NCBI GenBank assembly: GCA_026023565.1
Contig: JAPETS010000030.1
Span: 1-64,000, forward strand
Direction: 5' to 3'
DNA: 64,000 nucleotides
DNA from: Cirrosporium novae-zelandiae
Taxonomy: Eukaryota
Numbering within the stretch: position 1 is the first letter of the stretch; every line of letters starts with the position of its first letter. Positions 12,267-25,800 of this stretch are shown one piece after another. The notes below the pieces were generated by a model that did not search any database, was not told the DNA's origin, and saw only the letters and a program-made list of their open reading frames with translations. Made by a program: the position numbers and the translations under genes.

Positions 12267-15200
12267 TTCTCCTCCCTTTCTCTTCCGGCCCAAATACACC
12301 CCCCTCCTCCCTCCCCTCTCTCTTTCACTCTCTCTCTCTCTCATAACCCAATAACCCAACAACCCAGCCAAGTAAGCAAGAAAAAGAAGCAAGCAAGAGG
12401 AAGAAGAAGAAGCCACAGGACCATAGGAGTCATAGGAGCTATGGTGGGTAGGTATAAAGGTGTAAAAGTAAAAAATATATAAAAAGAATATAAAAGAATC
12501 CCCCTCTGCAACTCATCCTACTACTACCAACTATGCACCATTATCCCCACCCCCTAACCCCCCGTTACCTATTACCCATATTCAAAATCCATAATCCATA
12601 ATCTAAATTATACATCCAATTCCTTTCCTCTTCTTCTTTGCTTCCTTTTTCCTTCCTTTTCCTTCTTAGGGGCATTACCGTTATTACTAACTAGTATTTT
12701 TGTTTGTTATTATATTTACTAAGGAAAATAAAAGAATATAGGAGTAATTGGCTTTTTTTTTCTTGAAGGGTTTTTTGGTTGGGGGGGGATGGGGTATGAT
12801 GGTATGAGTCTTGAAGTGGAAACGGGATGGGATGGGATATAAGTAGGTAGGAAGGCGTTATATAATTTGAAAAAAAAAAAAAACCTTCTTATAACTTGGC
12901 TCTTTTCTTTCTTCCTTTCTTCCTTTCTTTTATGAACACTCATTCCTATTTCGAGGAAAGGGAATAATAATAATAATAATATTAGTAGAGTCGGAGTTAC
13001 TGGATATCTATATAATAGCTAGTAGTGTTAGTATCAACATATCCACTATGAAGGGGGATGAAGAAATTAGATTAACAGCTTTTGGGAGAAGTATTAAAGG
13101 TAACAAATGAAGGGATGGATGAATGGATAGATTGGATGTCCTTTCTCTTTCTCTTTCTCTTGCTCATAATAAACATATAATTTCGAGCTTCGTCACTTAC
13201 TTATTCTCCCCCCCTCCCCACTCTCCCCGGGTTCTCGCAAGGGATATCAGCATACACAAATATACACAAATGGACATGGACAGTAAATAAATAAAAAAGA
13301 CAACAATATCTTGAGGAAATAAAGTATTAAATTTCCATGTCCGGACACGTACAAGTACAAAGTCACAAGTCACAAGTCACAAGTCACAACACGCAATATC
13401 TATCTATCAATCATACGAGAACAAAAAAAAAAGGGGGGGGGGGGGATTTATTTCGAATTGAGGGTTAACTTATTCATATTATAAGTAGTAGTTCTTTTAT
13501 AACAAATCAACAATAATAATAACAATAAAAAACTCTTCATTCTTACTCTCCTCTACTCTTCGGCGGGAATAATATACAATATATACCTTGCTTACTTGCT
13601 TGCTTTATTTACTTACTTACTCTATCTTATGTCCTCTCTCCCTCTCTCCCTCTCTCTTCAAAAACAACATCAAACCAAGAAACTACGGCCCAGGGATTCG
13701 AAGAAAGGAGCTCCGCGGTGTGAGAAACAGAGAGCCGTGATAGTTTAGATTTTGGAACGGTATATCAGGAGATTTGGAATCGGAAGCTAGGGGAAGCATG
13801 GGAGTGGGAGTTTGGGTTTAAAGAGGGGGGTGGGGATTTTTTAAGGGATTAAGGGGTCTTTAGGGATAATTAGGGGGGGTGGATTGGATTGGGATTGGAT
13901 TGGCTGGTGGGATTGTTGGATATGATAGAAATAAATACCTTGATACAGTTGGCTATTGGCTATTATTGGCTATCTAAATATTGGGTAGTTACAACGGGCT
14001 TGAATAGACATAAACATATGAAATTTTTGTTTTTGTTTGCTTTGATTAAGAGAATTGGATTTCTCTGAAGGTCAATGGATATAGTCGTGTGTTAAGGTAT
14101 TTTTTTTATTTACCTTTCTTCCTTTGTTTGATAATAGCGAAAATGAAAATAGATACATGAAATTGTTCGATTTTGTGTTTGTGTCTGTCTAGTGTACTAT
14201 AAGTCCCCCCCCTTGGTAGAGTGAGTAGATTAGGAGTTGGCTGTAGCTGTAGCTGTGGCCCGTTTCTGTCACCATCAAGCTTATCACGGTCAATAGGTTA
14301 ATGAAGTAAAGAGCATTACACCTACTTACCTACTTACTTACCTAACTCATTAAAATATAAACAACCGATCCAGTCTCACTTTCACGAACATACCCCCCCC
14401 CCCCCCCCCCCCCCCCCCCCCTAGCTCATTAAGAGAAAAATACTTTATAACCTACCTTCGTTTTCGGGTTTGTTTCGAGGCTATTTAAAATCTAGTGTCA
14501 GAATCAAAGGTGGGTGGGTGTATCTTCAAATAAATCAGTTTAGCTATGGGGTTGCTTGTTTGAAATTTACCATGTAGATTATCTAGGGATGAGAGTGTGA
14601 GGTGTTGGTCCCCTCCTACCCCCCTACCCCCCCGGTAGTTAGTTAGATAGATAGTCTCGTTCCTAGCTAGAATTAATCAAGCGATTATCCACTTCTACGG
14701 ATAAGGGTGCGGTTGCCCCTTGAGGCCGTCGGATAGAAATCTTGGAGGAGTGATGGTATCGAGTAGTACATCTTCTGTTCATCTCTAGCGTCGTTCTTGG
14801 GCGAAGTGGGGGCTATATCTGGATGACCACATTGCTGAAGCGGGTTATGCTGCACCCATTTCCCTAGAGACCTGTTTGAAAATTGGGGAAGACGACTAGG
14901 AAACCGTTAGATAGAGTCATGAATCATGTGCAGGGTTTTGGAGCTAGGGATGGGAGGCCACTGGCTGTGTTTTCGAATACGCCGAGGGAGACTGCTGAAT
15001 TTCCCCTTGGATGATAGGTGAAACATAACGGTGCCGTGGTGTCCTACGGTGTTGTACTGGCAGAGGTCGTGATTCACTTTGTAAGCCTGGTTGTTGAGGA
15101 GACCCAAGGGGTGCATTAAGGGCAGATGGGATATCATGGAGCGTCATTAGTAAAAGAAATGTTGAAGGGGTAGAGAGTAATTGCCTGTGAATGGTGGATG

Positions 15201-15949
15201 CTGTTGGAGTAGACGGAGAAGCCGATGTCTTCGGATAGTGGCCCTTTGGTCTCACAGGGAGGATAGCAGGGAACCTGCTTTCTATTAAGAATTCTCTTGG
15301 GATTGTACGATAGGGATATGGAAGGCTCCCCAAAAGGACAATATGACTAGTTACTTGGTTGGAATAGGCGGACGGATTACGAAGTTCTCACCCATCAAAG
15401 GTTGGCGTTATGCCAATAAACTCCGTAAACACATTGTGAGAATCTAAGAGTTGATGTTAGATTGATTGGAGAAATATCGTTGGATAAATTATTTCAGGAG
15501 AAACTCACAGGTTGGGTCCAAGTAATACTCAGAGCGATTAGTAGTATTGTCTGACCATACAGTAGATCAGTTGTTGGATAATGGAATCCTGCAGTATAGT
15601 CTATGGAACACCATCCACACATGACTTGTTATTTGGAGTCGTTATATGGACTAAGTATGAGTAACAAGATCAGCGACTGGAGTGAAATTGTGACAAGGAG
15701 GCCTCTAGAATTGTATCTAGCTGGAATGGGGTTCTACATATGCGAATCCCCTAGAGATTCAAGATCTAGCTTTGATCGGAAATGCTACCATCCACCACGG
15801 GAGATTTATTATCCATCCTGAAGTTGGTGCTAGTATAGGTGCTAATGTCTCATGGAAGAAAGTAGAAAATTTCGCTGTTGTTGTGCCGCGGAAATTTTTG
15901 TCAGAGTATTTATAGTCCTATAGTAGTTCCGTTCAAAAGTGGAGAATTT

Positions 15950-16640
15950 ATATCTTTTAGAAAATGCTCTCCGTTCGGGTCATTTTCGAAACCACAAAAT
16001 TTGTCAGTTCTCACCTCGAATCGATAATAGAAATATCCAGTTGATTGTTAACTTGCAGTCTTTAATTCACAGCAAATCCAACATTATCTTGAATAACATC
16101 TCTGCTGTTGTTTCTCATTGTTTCGCAAAGGTTGTGTTCCAGCTAATTCGGTAGTTTTCAAAACGATACGGGTACTGGCTACCATATAGGCATTGGAATC
16201 TGGTAGTTACACAAGATTAGCTATAGAAGTAGATCATAAGATAACGCCACTTACTTGGTCTGCGGGTTTCCGGTCCCACTAAGATGACAGAGTAATCATT
16301 CTCAAAATTGTTTTGCTGTTCCACAGGCCTTCCATTCGGGCCGCCGACAACATAATCCTAACGAGAGATTTTCTGCGGCCTTCCTATGAAACTCAAGTCA
16401 CTAGTTGAGAAGAGGGGAAGCACTGCAACGGGTAATGGAATTTGGCGATATCGTCCAGTGATTTAATTGTAGCCATCACTCCACAAGTTGTACATGTTGA
16501 TTATTCCTTGGAATTGAATTGGAGCCTCTGCACCTCCGTGGACGTACAATTGAATCGGGTCTTTGAAATTGTTGATTACGGAGTCATCTTGTTTCAACTG
16601 TGTGGTAGGGAGCTAATTGGGAGATGGTTGGATGCTTACT
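15950..16640 (-). pseudogene. Possible degraded spliced gene relic, family unknown
   Basis: One frame reads LKQDDSVINNFKDPIQLYVHGGAEAPIQFQGIINMYNLWSDGYN*ITGRYRQIPLPVAVLPLFSTSDLSFIGRPQKISR*DYVVGGPNGRP, with stops at 16463-16465 and 16358-16360. Intron-like segment 16254-16200 (GTAAG..CTAAT..CAG). Confidence 0.35.
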
Positions 16641-17232
16641 CGCTGCAAAGTTAGTATAGTCTTCCATCTAGCAGAATTAACGTTGACATACCCTAGGATA
16701 CTAGATGGATGAATTCTGTAAACAGATAATCTTGGCATTCATGGCCAAAGATTAGACGTCGCGTAAATAAGATATTAGAAATTCAAGGTGGAATGATGAG
16801 TTGTGTTCTAAACACTTGAGGGAAGAGGCTGTATCATGACAAAAATTCGATGATACTAGACATTTTGAATTGTTTTAGAAATAAACAAACGGGTATTATC
16901 TAAGCCTATCTCCCTAGGTAGATATGAGCAGTGATTGAGGATAGAGGTCTGAGTAAGGTAGAAATCTGAAGAGTCTAGTCGGATCAACACGAACGTAGAA
17001 GGGGGGCAATAGCCAGCGAAATCACCTTTATTGGTTATTCGATAATTGTCGAGCCTAGACGCTCCATAAATTCAAGAAAAATTGAATACCTAATTATGTT
17101 TGTCATAGCTTCGAAGCGACATGCAGACAATAAAATGAATCATCGGGAAACCAACAGCATCTACCAAAGTAGCTGATTGAATTCATTTATTTCCAATATC
17201 TACCAATTGGGTATATCGCGCATGTTTAAAAA

Positions 17233-17993
17233 TCACTTGGTGACGTTGCTGACTGCAGTTTCCATCCACAGCTTAGTATATTGCTGATGCAACCATGTAA
17301 ATAATGGTCCATTTGGCTTATCTGTCTTTCCCTTCCCTTGGTAGAAGATGCTCCTCATTCCAAATTCGGCAACACCCTCGCTTTTGTTCACGACTGCAGT
17401 CATCTCGAACAAACCTTCGGAATCTCGGACGTCCTTTATTCTCGGGCTACCACCGCAGCGGACCAGAATTGATGTGGGGTTGTGTTCAAGGACCTCAAAG
17501 TGATCGGTGATCTGAGTACCAACAGTATAATCCGAGGTCTGGAGAGAAGAGGTTGACCAGAGCTGGTGGGCAGTTTCAGGACCTCGGTATTTCCGTGCAA
17601 AGTAGGCACGTTGAAAGGAGTATCCTAGATTCCAGCATATCCTAAGCTGCCATGTTCATGCAATTGAAGGAATGTGGAGAAAATTTGGAGAAACTTTGCC
17701 TTACCCGCACCTCCCCAGACCCCAGCGCAGAATGCCTCGACCAGCTTTCCCTTTTTTTCCAATAGTTCTGGCTTAATCTTGTCCAAAGGCACTTTTTTCA
17801 CACAATAGTCATGAAGTGGAGGATTGCCATTTGGATTGTATTTCCTGTAAACACGGGATTTGAGGATTTTCTCAGTATTGGTAACAGGAACAAATTGAGA
17901 GTCTCGAGACCACATGTAAAAAGTGCCATAACCCAAGGCCAAAGAAGTGCCAGCACCTCCAGCAAGACCAGTTAACTTTTTGAGAATTGGCAT
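17233..17993 (-). CDS. Conserved-looking fungal hypothetical protein with an N-terminal hydrophobic segment; two exons
   Basis: Exon 1 reads ...YNPNGNPPLHDYCVKKVPLDKIKPELLEKKGKLVEAFCAGVWGG. Intron 17704-17625. Exon 2 reads GYSFQRAYFARKYRGPETAHQLWS...TQITDHFEVLEH...LHQQYTKLWMETAVSNVTK*. Confidence 0.8.
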
Positions 17994-19244
17994 TGTGATC
18001 AGTAATAATTTTTGAACGAGAGGAGATGGGTTGTACTTGTGACAGCTTGGTTGTTGTTGGCTATTGGAGAACTGATAGGGATCTTTGGTTCAGACTGATA
18101 ATAATTAACTGGTATGATGGACTGACTGATCTGACTGATCTGACTGATCTGACTGGCTAAGCGCTGGATAACGTCTTTGGGTCTTGGACGTGGCCCTTGC
18201 GTTGAATGGAAAAGGAAGCCAAAGATGACCAACGTCTTGCTGCAAGAGAAATAAAAAAAATGCAATCCGAAATTATCAATTATCAGCATAACTAATAATC
18301 TATCACCTCGAATTTCTGTTGGAATCTTGGATCTATATTGTGGCAAATGTGCTCAGACCTCGCAGACACTAATAATCATGCATATACAGCATCATAGGAA
18401 GGACAACCCTCCATGGCAAGAGGTTCATGGCACGGAGAATTCATGTCCTTGGTGCAGATGGATCGCATGGCATTTCATCTCATCGTGGAAGTATGACATG
18501 TGCCTTCAATGTGTTCCTACAGCCAGATATATTACTGTTGCAGTTATATGCATAATCCTCTCACTTCTGCATCAACCCATGGCATTTAGGAACTTTTTAC
18601 TCGAACCACTATTCCTAGAACGAGCCACTGTGAATACGGATGCCCTAGTTTTATGAATCCTCTGTACCTGACATGTGTGGTACCCCCAGTATACTCATCC
18701 AATCAACCTGATACCGCTACACGAGCCTTGCGTATGCCAATGTGAGCCAACTACTGTATCTGCCCTTGATGGTTCGGGTACGAACAGCAAGGAAGGATGG
18801 TGTTTCCCGAATCACAAACTTCCTGACCCCGGAAACTTAGTATGAAAACATGAGACTGCAACAATCCAGCGCCCTGACCGATGACCGACGATCTTCATCC
18901 GAATGATGTGTATCTAGCTCTCGCGGTTTCTAAGATACGAGTAAAAAAATTCAAGTTATTTCTTTGGAAGTCTTGGTTCACATTCATTCAATTGACACCG
19001 AAAATATCATTAAATTATTCCCTAATAGTTCATACTTGACTTTTTTATATACGACGTTCAGTTCGTTAACTCGATCATAGCAAGTCGTAGATAGAAATAG
19101 ATCGTTCAAACATATAGACAGCTCGATACATACCAACAAGGGATCATAAATATAAAACTATTGGGATATTAAACTTGTGGACAAAGACCAAAGGAAAAGG
19201 CGTGAGCCTAGGGGTTCTGCACCCAGCGCACGAACTAGCTTTCT

Positions 19245-21064
19245 TCATTCACGATTCATCAAGAAAGGACATTCTATAGGGAATATCCTGCTCATCTCTT
19301 CATGCGTAAGCCTCGTCGCTTCACTATTTGCCGGTTCAGTTACGGCGTTTCCAGGCTGAAGATCTGTACTGTGTTCCGCCTCCGTGTTCTCACCACTTGA
19401 GGTGCCAGTAACGGTAGCCATATATTTTGATGCAAAGGGGCAGGATGCTGGAGAAGTGCCGATGGCTATTGGATGAGGAGCAGTAGGTACTGCGGCGGCA
19501 ATTGGTTCGGCTGATGTTGAGGCAGCAGGAACTGGAGAAGTAATGGGTAATGAGATGTCCGAAGGCTGTGTACTTTGAACGACCTCCGTTGATTCAAGTT
19601 CTGGGCTGTCAGGAAGTTCTATTTGAGACGGCTCCGACAGAGGATTATCGATAGGATCAGTAATCAAAGACTCTAGGCTCTCTTCATTAAACTCATCATC
19701 ATTGCCAATAATTTCTGGGACGGCATCATGAAATTCGTCAAAAAGATCACCATCCAAGTCCTGGAGGTCAGCGTCTCTGCCAAGCTGTTCCGTTGCAGTC
19801 GTGTCGCTGTTGAATGTTTGTATTGACTTTGGTGAAGCCGGTTGTTCTATGGAGTTTTCGTCTATTGGAGATTTCGGAAGATCATTGTCCAGTTGTGTAA
19901 CGTCGACAGAATTAAAAACGTTTACCCCAAGTCTCAACCCTAGACCATCAGATAAGGGTGATTCAGGAGAATCAGTAGGAGACTCCATGGGCTTATAGGA
20001 AACCGCTTCCTCACAAGGACCATCTCGGATTAGTTCCTGTTGTGCAGTGTTAGACTCGTTGGCAGTTTGAATGACCTCCTGGGCCTGTTGTCCCTCGGGG
20101 TCAACGGTGGCAGTAGGCATGGAAATCGGCTTTGGTGAAGGAGGTTCATCAATTGGCCTTTGCGGTGGTTTGGGATGGTGTGCTTTTCGGGGCTGTTTGT
20201 TGACAATACCATTTGGCGCAATTTGGCGAAACATGTCCATTGGATCAAACCAGGTTTCCAATGTTTGGATCCTTATCTTATCATCAACTTGTGCGACAGT
20301 CAAGCCTTGAATGTCAATAGACCCGCCGTGGGCTTTTGCAGTGACCTTCTCATTTTTGCTAGTAGAATTAGCTAATTTATCATATCAACCATTGTTCAGA
20401 GCACATACTCATTAAAACCGACATAGTCATTTTTCATGGTTCCCCAATGTCTCCATTTAAAGGCTACTCTAGGTGGCCCACTGTAAACCTCAATGACTTC
20501 CCAGGCAAAAGTGGGCATCATGCGCTTGAATGTCTTATGGCTGGAAGCAAAATCGGAATTCTTTGGGCTGTAATAATCATTGGGAGAAATTATGGCGTTG
20601 TAGGTTCCGAGCTTGAGCATATCCTCGCCGGATAGCGGAGGTCCGCCATTGATAGAAAAGCTATACTTTTCGGGGTCGACGGTGCGCCATTCATTAATGT
20701 CTGTCTTAAAGGACGCCTCAATCTCCCAGCTATTATAGTCATTAGCAGAAATAAGAGCATAACTGGATGAGCGCGTACTTTTTCACAAGATTTTGGACAA
20801 GTTCTGGAAGGCTTCCCGCTGCGTGAGTCATTTGTTTGGCTAAGGTTCGGTGGTTGTTAGCACCACGGTCAAGCAAATGAATGAAATTTATTGGTTAAAG
20901 GGCTCACTTCGCTCAAAAACAGCTCGCGTATTGGAGTAGTCGGGAGGCCTTCCGTATCTCCACTTGGCATCGAGATCCTTTAGCACAGCATTTTGATCTG
21001 TGAGGTAGTTCGGAGCGGCAGATTGCTCAGCGGAAGCGGATTGTTGCACGCCAGTAGCAGCCAT
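19245..21064 (-). CDS. Pathogen-related protein-like (SnoaL/NTF2-like fold) with a long acidic, P/S/T-rich C-terminal tail; multi-exon
   Basis: AVLKDLDAKWRYGRPPDYSNTRAVFE, WEIEASFKT, WRTVDPEKYSFSINGGPP, FKRMMPTFAWEVIEVYSGPPRVAFKWRHWG, ETWFDPMDMFRQI. Confidence 0.8.
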
Positions 21065-22808
21065 TTCCTAGGTGTTTTCTTGTATCCAAGGTGAATCCCT
21101 TATCAAGGAGATGAGATGACTTGATGAATGAATTGGTATAGATGTAGACGGAGAAGATAGGCTTTCAATTGAGGAAGAAAGTTTACAGAAGAGAGGGGAA
21201 GTAGTCCCTTATAGGATGAGAATCGGACATAAATCGAAGCAAGGGAAATGAGAACCCCCTTTTCACCAATAGCGACGCCACTGACCAGACAAGGTGCCTC
21301 AAGAGTGTTACCGAGAGGAAGGAAAAGAAAGAAGGCAGAAAGAGGTCATTGCTGATAGACAATTGAACATGGGACGTTGAAAGGAAAGCTGGCATAATCT
21401 ATCGAGTAGAAGCATGGAGGCCTCATTCTGTCGGACTTTCCCTCCTGCATCCGAGCGCAACCCTAAAAACTTAGGTACATATAACTAGCATTCTGGACCA
21501 TGGAATGCGGATCCTTGCTGAACGGATCGATGTGAAGCAGCATGGAACTTGCTTGCTACCTGCCTTTTCCATGCAACTTGACGCATTTAATCCACGAAAC
21601 TTACGGTTCAGTAAGTAACCTGTACCAAGAAAATAGCAATTAATGGCGAGATGGAGGCGTTCCGGAAATGCTCGTTGCTCGGAAATGATTTCAAAAACGC
21701 GGTTGTTGAGAGATCGAGTTACACAGTCCGGTTCGGCGAAAACGGACTGGCTCTCTTTGAGAAAAAGTACAAAAGTGACAGAAAACAATTTCAACGGACT
21801 CAACATGTGGCACAAGGAAACAATGGAATGACAAGACTCGACAACTGGAAAATCCAACGCCTTTGGTAACGGCAAGGGGTTGGCTGGAGGGTAGACGGGG
21901 GAGGAATATCAAAGACCCTGGAAGATAAATCACCGTACTCCGTACCAATACTCAGGGAGGGGGGCTTGAAATAAATTACATCGAATGAAAGCTAAATAAT
22001 CGAGACTTTAGAGGTCTTGAAGAGGCTTTCCAAGTATATTGGTATTAGCATGGGCCGTTTTGGATTGAAAATTTACGTTCGGTGTGGCGTTTGGATTTTA
22101 CACGAAAAAGTGACCTCCTTGGTGGAGTTCCAAGGCTCTCGCAACAAACGGTAGTTCGAGACGGCCCAACGGTATCTGGATGGGATGCAATGATTGCAGG
22201 AAACGATTCCAATTGACTGAACTCAGTTGCTTTCTTTTTTTCCCCTTGTCCATGTTATGTTTGCTGCCGCCTCCTGTGGCCAGCAACCCGGATTGTTCCC
22301 ACGTGCTAGTGCCGTCCAGCTGGTTGATTCAGCCAGCCCTCCACTCTCTGATATCCAGTAGGTTTGAGGATGACGGGCAGCGACATGAAGGAAAGCCAGA
22401 GACTTCTCAGATTTGAAATTGCAAGCGATCGCAAGCGAAACCCGGAATTGGTAATTTGGGTAATCATTTGTGCTGACTGAGGTCATGGATCGAAGGAAGA
22501 GTGTTCCCTTCTAACGTTGATTCCTGCGGCACCACCGAGAGTACCAAGGGAATTCAGAATGATTCCTAAGAATCAGATCATATTTTTGATGACCATTCCA
22601 TGTTTCATAATCCATATCCTATATTCCACATTCCATGTTTTTTTTTCCAGTATCCCTTCATTTGTAGATAATAATAGGTACAGGGAAATGATATCAAATT
22701 CGGTATATGGTATATGAGCAAGGGATGTATTCAGGTGGAAGTGGAAGCCGAAGGAAGGAGAAGTAGTTAGCCGTTTTGAATGTTCAGGATGTTAAAGGCT
22801 ACCGGGGC

Positions 22809-22846
<38 letters not shown>

Positions 22847-25800
22847 AAATGGTAAATTAATTACTAGGTATTGGTAAAGTATTGGTAAAGTATTGGTAAA
22901 GTATCACTAGGGTTATGAAAGGAAAGTAATTATGAGCGATTTGGAGTAGCATGGTAGGACTTGGCATAGTAGTACGAGGTTAAGTATTGAGTAATGTGTG
23001 TGTATTGGGGTATGTAAATTATGTACGTAGGTAAAATTATCAGCGTGATCTGCCAACCACGGATAAGTAAACGGATATAAGCAGGGAAACCCTAAACCAC
23101 TTTAGGACAAAAGTGGGTGAATGAATGGAAAGGTGGAAAGTGTCCCAAAGGCAAAGGATATGTATGTTAACTTCAACAAATAACCAAGATAACCAAAATA
23201 ACCCAAATAACCAAAAATGCAGTCTTTTACTGCAATCACTGCAATCACTGCAATCATGCAATTGACTAGACTATATTACTCCATTTCTTTTATGCCAATG
23301 GGGAAATTGTATCATCGTCACGTCACTCCGGCTGTCATTGCTGCTGTCAACAAAGTGTCAGCCAGAGAGACTGGCGACCATGCAGTCTCCACGCTTTCTT
23401 CCACATATTCCACATATTCCACATGCTTCATACTTGGTATATGCCTGCATCATAACACCCTCTGCGGATCTTACAAATCGTGGATCTGACACTACAGACG
23501 CATAGTGGTCTATCAATGATAATCAAAGATGATCCTTGAGAAAGTCCCTTTAAGCCCCCTTGGCTTTAACATTCATTTCCTTAATCTCTCCATCTTATTA
23601 TTGTCTACCCAATAACAATGCTGTTTTCCGATCTTTGTTGGACTAAACTCCTTCTATGCAACCCCCGCCCTATTGACCACCACTCTCCAAACTCTGCCTC
23701 TAACATCGGTCTTAACTGTGCATCTGCACTAACAACCACATTCCAGACTCTAGAGGTCCCCTCAACCCGTCCAAGGTCTGCTTTCAGCCCTTTTGATCGT
23801 GGACCTCTTTGATCATGAATTTCCGGGGAATCGCCCGCTAGCATTCAGAAGTCGAAGGTAGGAATGCCTGACCAGACCACCGGTGACATGTTTCCCTTTC
23901 ATCCTATTTACATTGATTGCCATTTATCATACCCGGTCCTAATCCCTTGTCCAGTGATAGGTATCTTACATGTCCCTTTTCTCTAGTTGAGACACCTTGC
24001 ATCCAATCTCGCAGTCCTAGCCATGTGCGAATATTACTCGGCCTCAAAGGGAAATGTCTCCCAATCAACCCGATCCGAGATTCGTTTTCACCAAACCCTT
24101 CGGGTTCGTCGTCCCACCAACAGCACCGGGTTGAAGTGTGTCAAAAACGTGGTGCGCGACAGCGGTCATCCTGCAAATACTTCAGCTTCCAATTACTTCA
24201 TCACGTTGTAGTCACACTGGACGTGGTCGCCATGTGCTCAGCAATCAGGCCGCCAATTAATTTATGGATGAGGTCTCGAACCTCGTTGCATACGTGCAGC
24301 GAGCCTCTTCAACCGGCTCCCAATGGCTACCACGAAGTCCTCAAGGCTGAATCTTACCTTATTCCAATAACAAGGAGGACAAGATCCCAGAGAGCCTAGG
24401 AGAAACAACCCGGGCTCAGCAATATTCCGTCACTGCAAACAGGTGCGTGCCTTATCTGTTTGCATGCTCTTAGGTCTTCGTCTCTAAGGAGGGTTTCAAT
24501 GTTCAAAGAAGCTAGCCAGAATCGTGTGACCCATTCCCTACGTGGAGGCAAGCAATTGGTAATTAGCACATCTCATTCGTCATAGCAGTCGTAATCGGTA
24601 GGAAAATCTATCCCAGAGACTGAATGGCAACACACCCTGATTCTTGATATTCCTAAACATCACCATTTCAGGCATTTGGCGATGCCCGTTGGGAAGGTTT
24701 GAAACTTACGGTGAGCAGTCAATGTCCAAAACCGCAATTGCTTCCCAAAACCTAGTGGCACACATCGACAAAGTTTGGAAACTTGGCAGAATATTAAAGT
24801 GTTATCAGGATTTGGATGTATGGAATAAATGCCGCAAGTCGAGGTTGGGAAAGAAAAATCCAGAGCTGAATCGAAGAGTATTGACAATCAGTTCTCAGTC
24901 GAAATATCCCTCACTTCAGCCCATTCTGATATTAGGCACGTGGGTCTCAAATAACGGCCTGGTTGGGCAAGCTTCCCAGTTTCCAACTTCTCCTGTCCAC
25001 ATTTCCAATCAGTTGCTACTCTATCAAGGGCTGTCAGGATACCATGGATTTAACGCTTCAGCTGCAGTGTATCCATCTCCACATTACGGACTACTCCCGT
25101 AACAACCCCGGATGTTTTAATCTTAAATCAAAGTGATGTCGAACCACCTGGAAAATCGTACACCGCATCTTACGCACATCTCCAGCAAACCTTCTGGCCA
25201 CGTTTCTCGCAGTTCCCGTACCGCAGGGTCGTTAGCTGTTCCGTAAGTTTCTATTAGCCACCCATACATTTTAGGCTCTGCCGATAACCTTCAAATGATA
25301 ACATCAGTGTTGTATGTCTCAGTTGCACGTTGATCAGTACTACCAAGCCAGCCAATCCAAAATCGTTCCAATCTCAACGTTAAAACTTAACCTGAAGGCC
25401 ATGTGTAATTTTCCCGCTTCCGGAAGTAGTCAATCTCCTACTACCTCCTTACATGATTGAAATATACCATGCAGTGCTTCAACATGAATGGAGTAGCTGC
25501 AAGGAATTACAAGGGCTTTCGGGTCGTATACCTGACCAAGGTTAATGATTCGGAGTTACTTTATCCTATCTTTAACATCGCTTTTAATTGGTTACTGAGC
25601 ACCAGAGATTGAACTCTCTTTCACTGAATATTTTGATTACGCTATTGCAATTACACTCAGAATAATTATTTTGCTTTTTCTTTCAAAACATACCAACGAT
25701 ATGATATACAAGGGAGACGGGACACCCCGGACGCTGTATCACCGAGAGTTACGCAGGCTACCCAAAGGGCCATGATAACGGGCTAACCGTTGGACCTGGG

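Noticed and set aside
10666..14600. ORFs in the low-complexity tract (e.g. GKGKGRERE and FPFPFP repeats)
   Set aside because: They are translations of microsatellites and homopolymers, with no domain signal.
17625..17645. Apparent premature stop (GYAGI*) in the 17.2-18.0 kb gene
   Set aside because: That TAG is the intron acceptor, and splicing restores an open frame.
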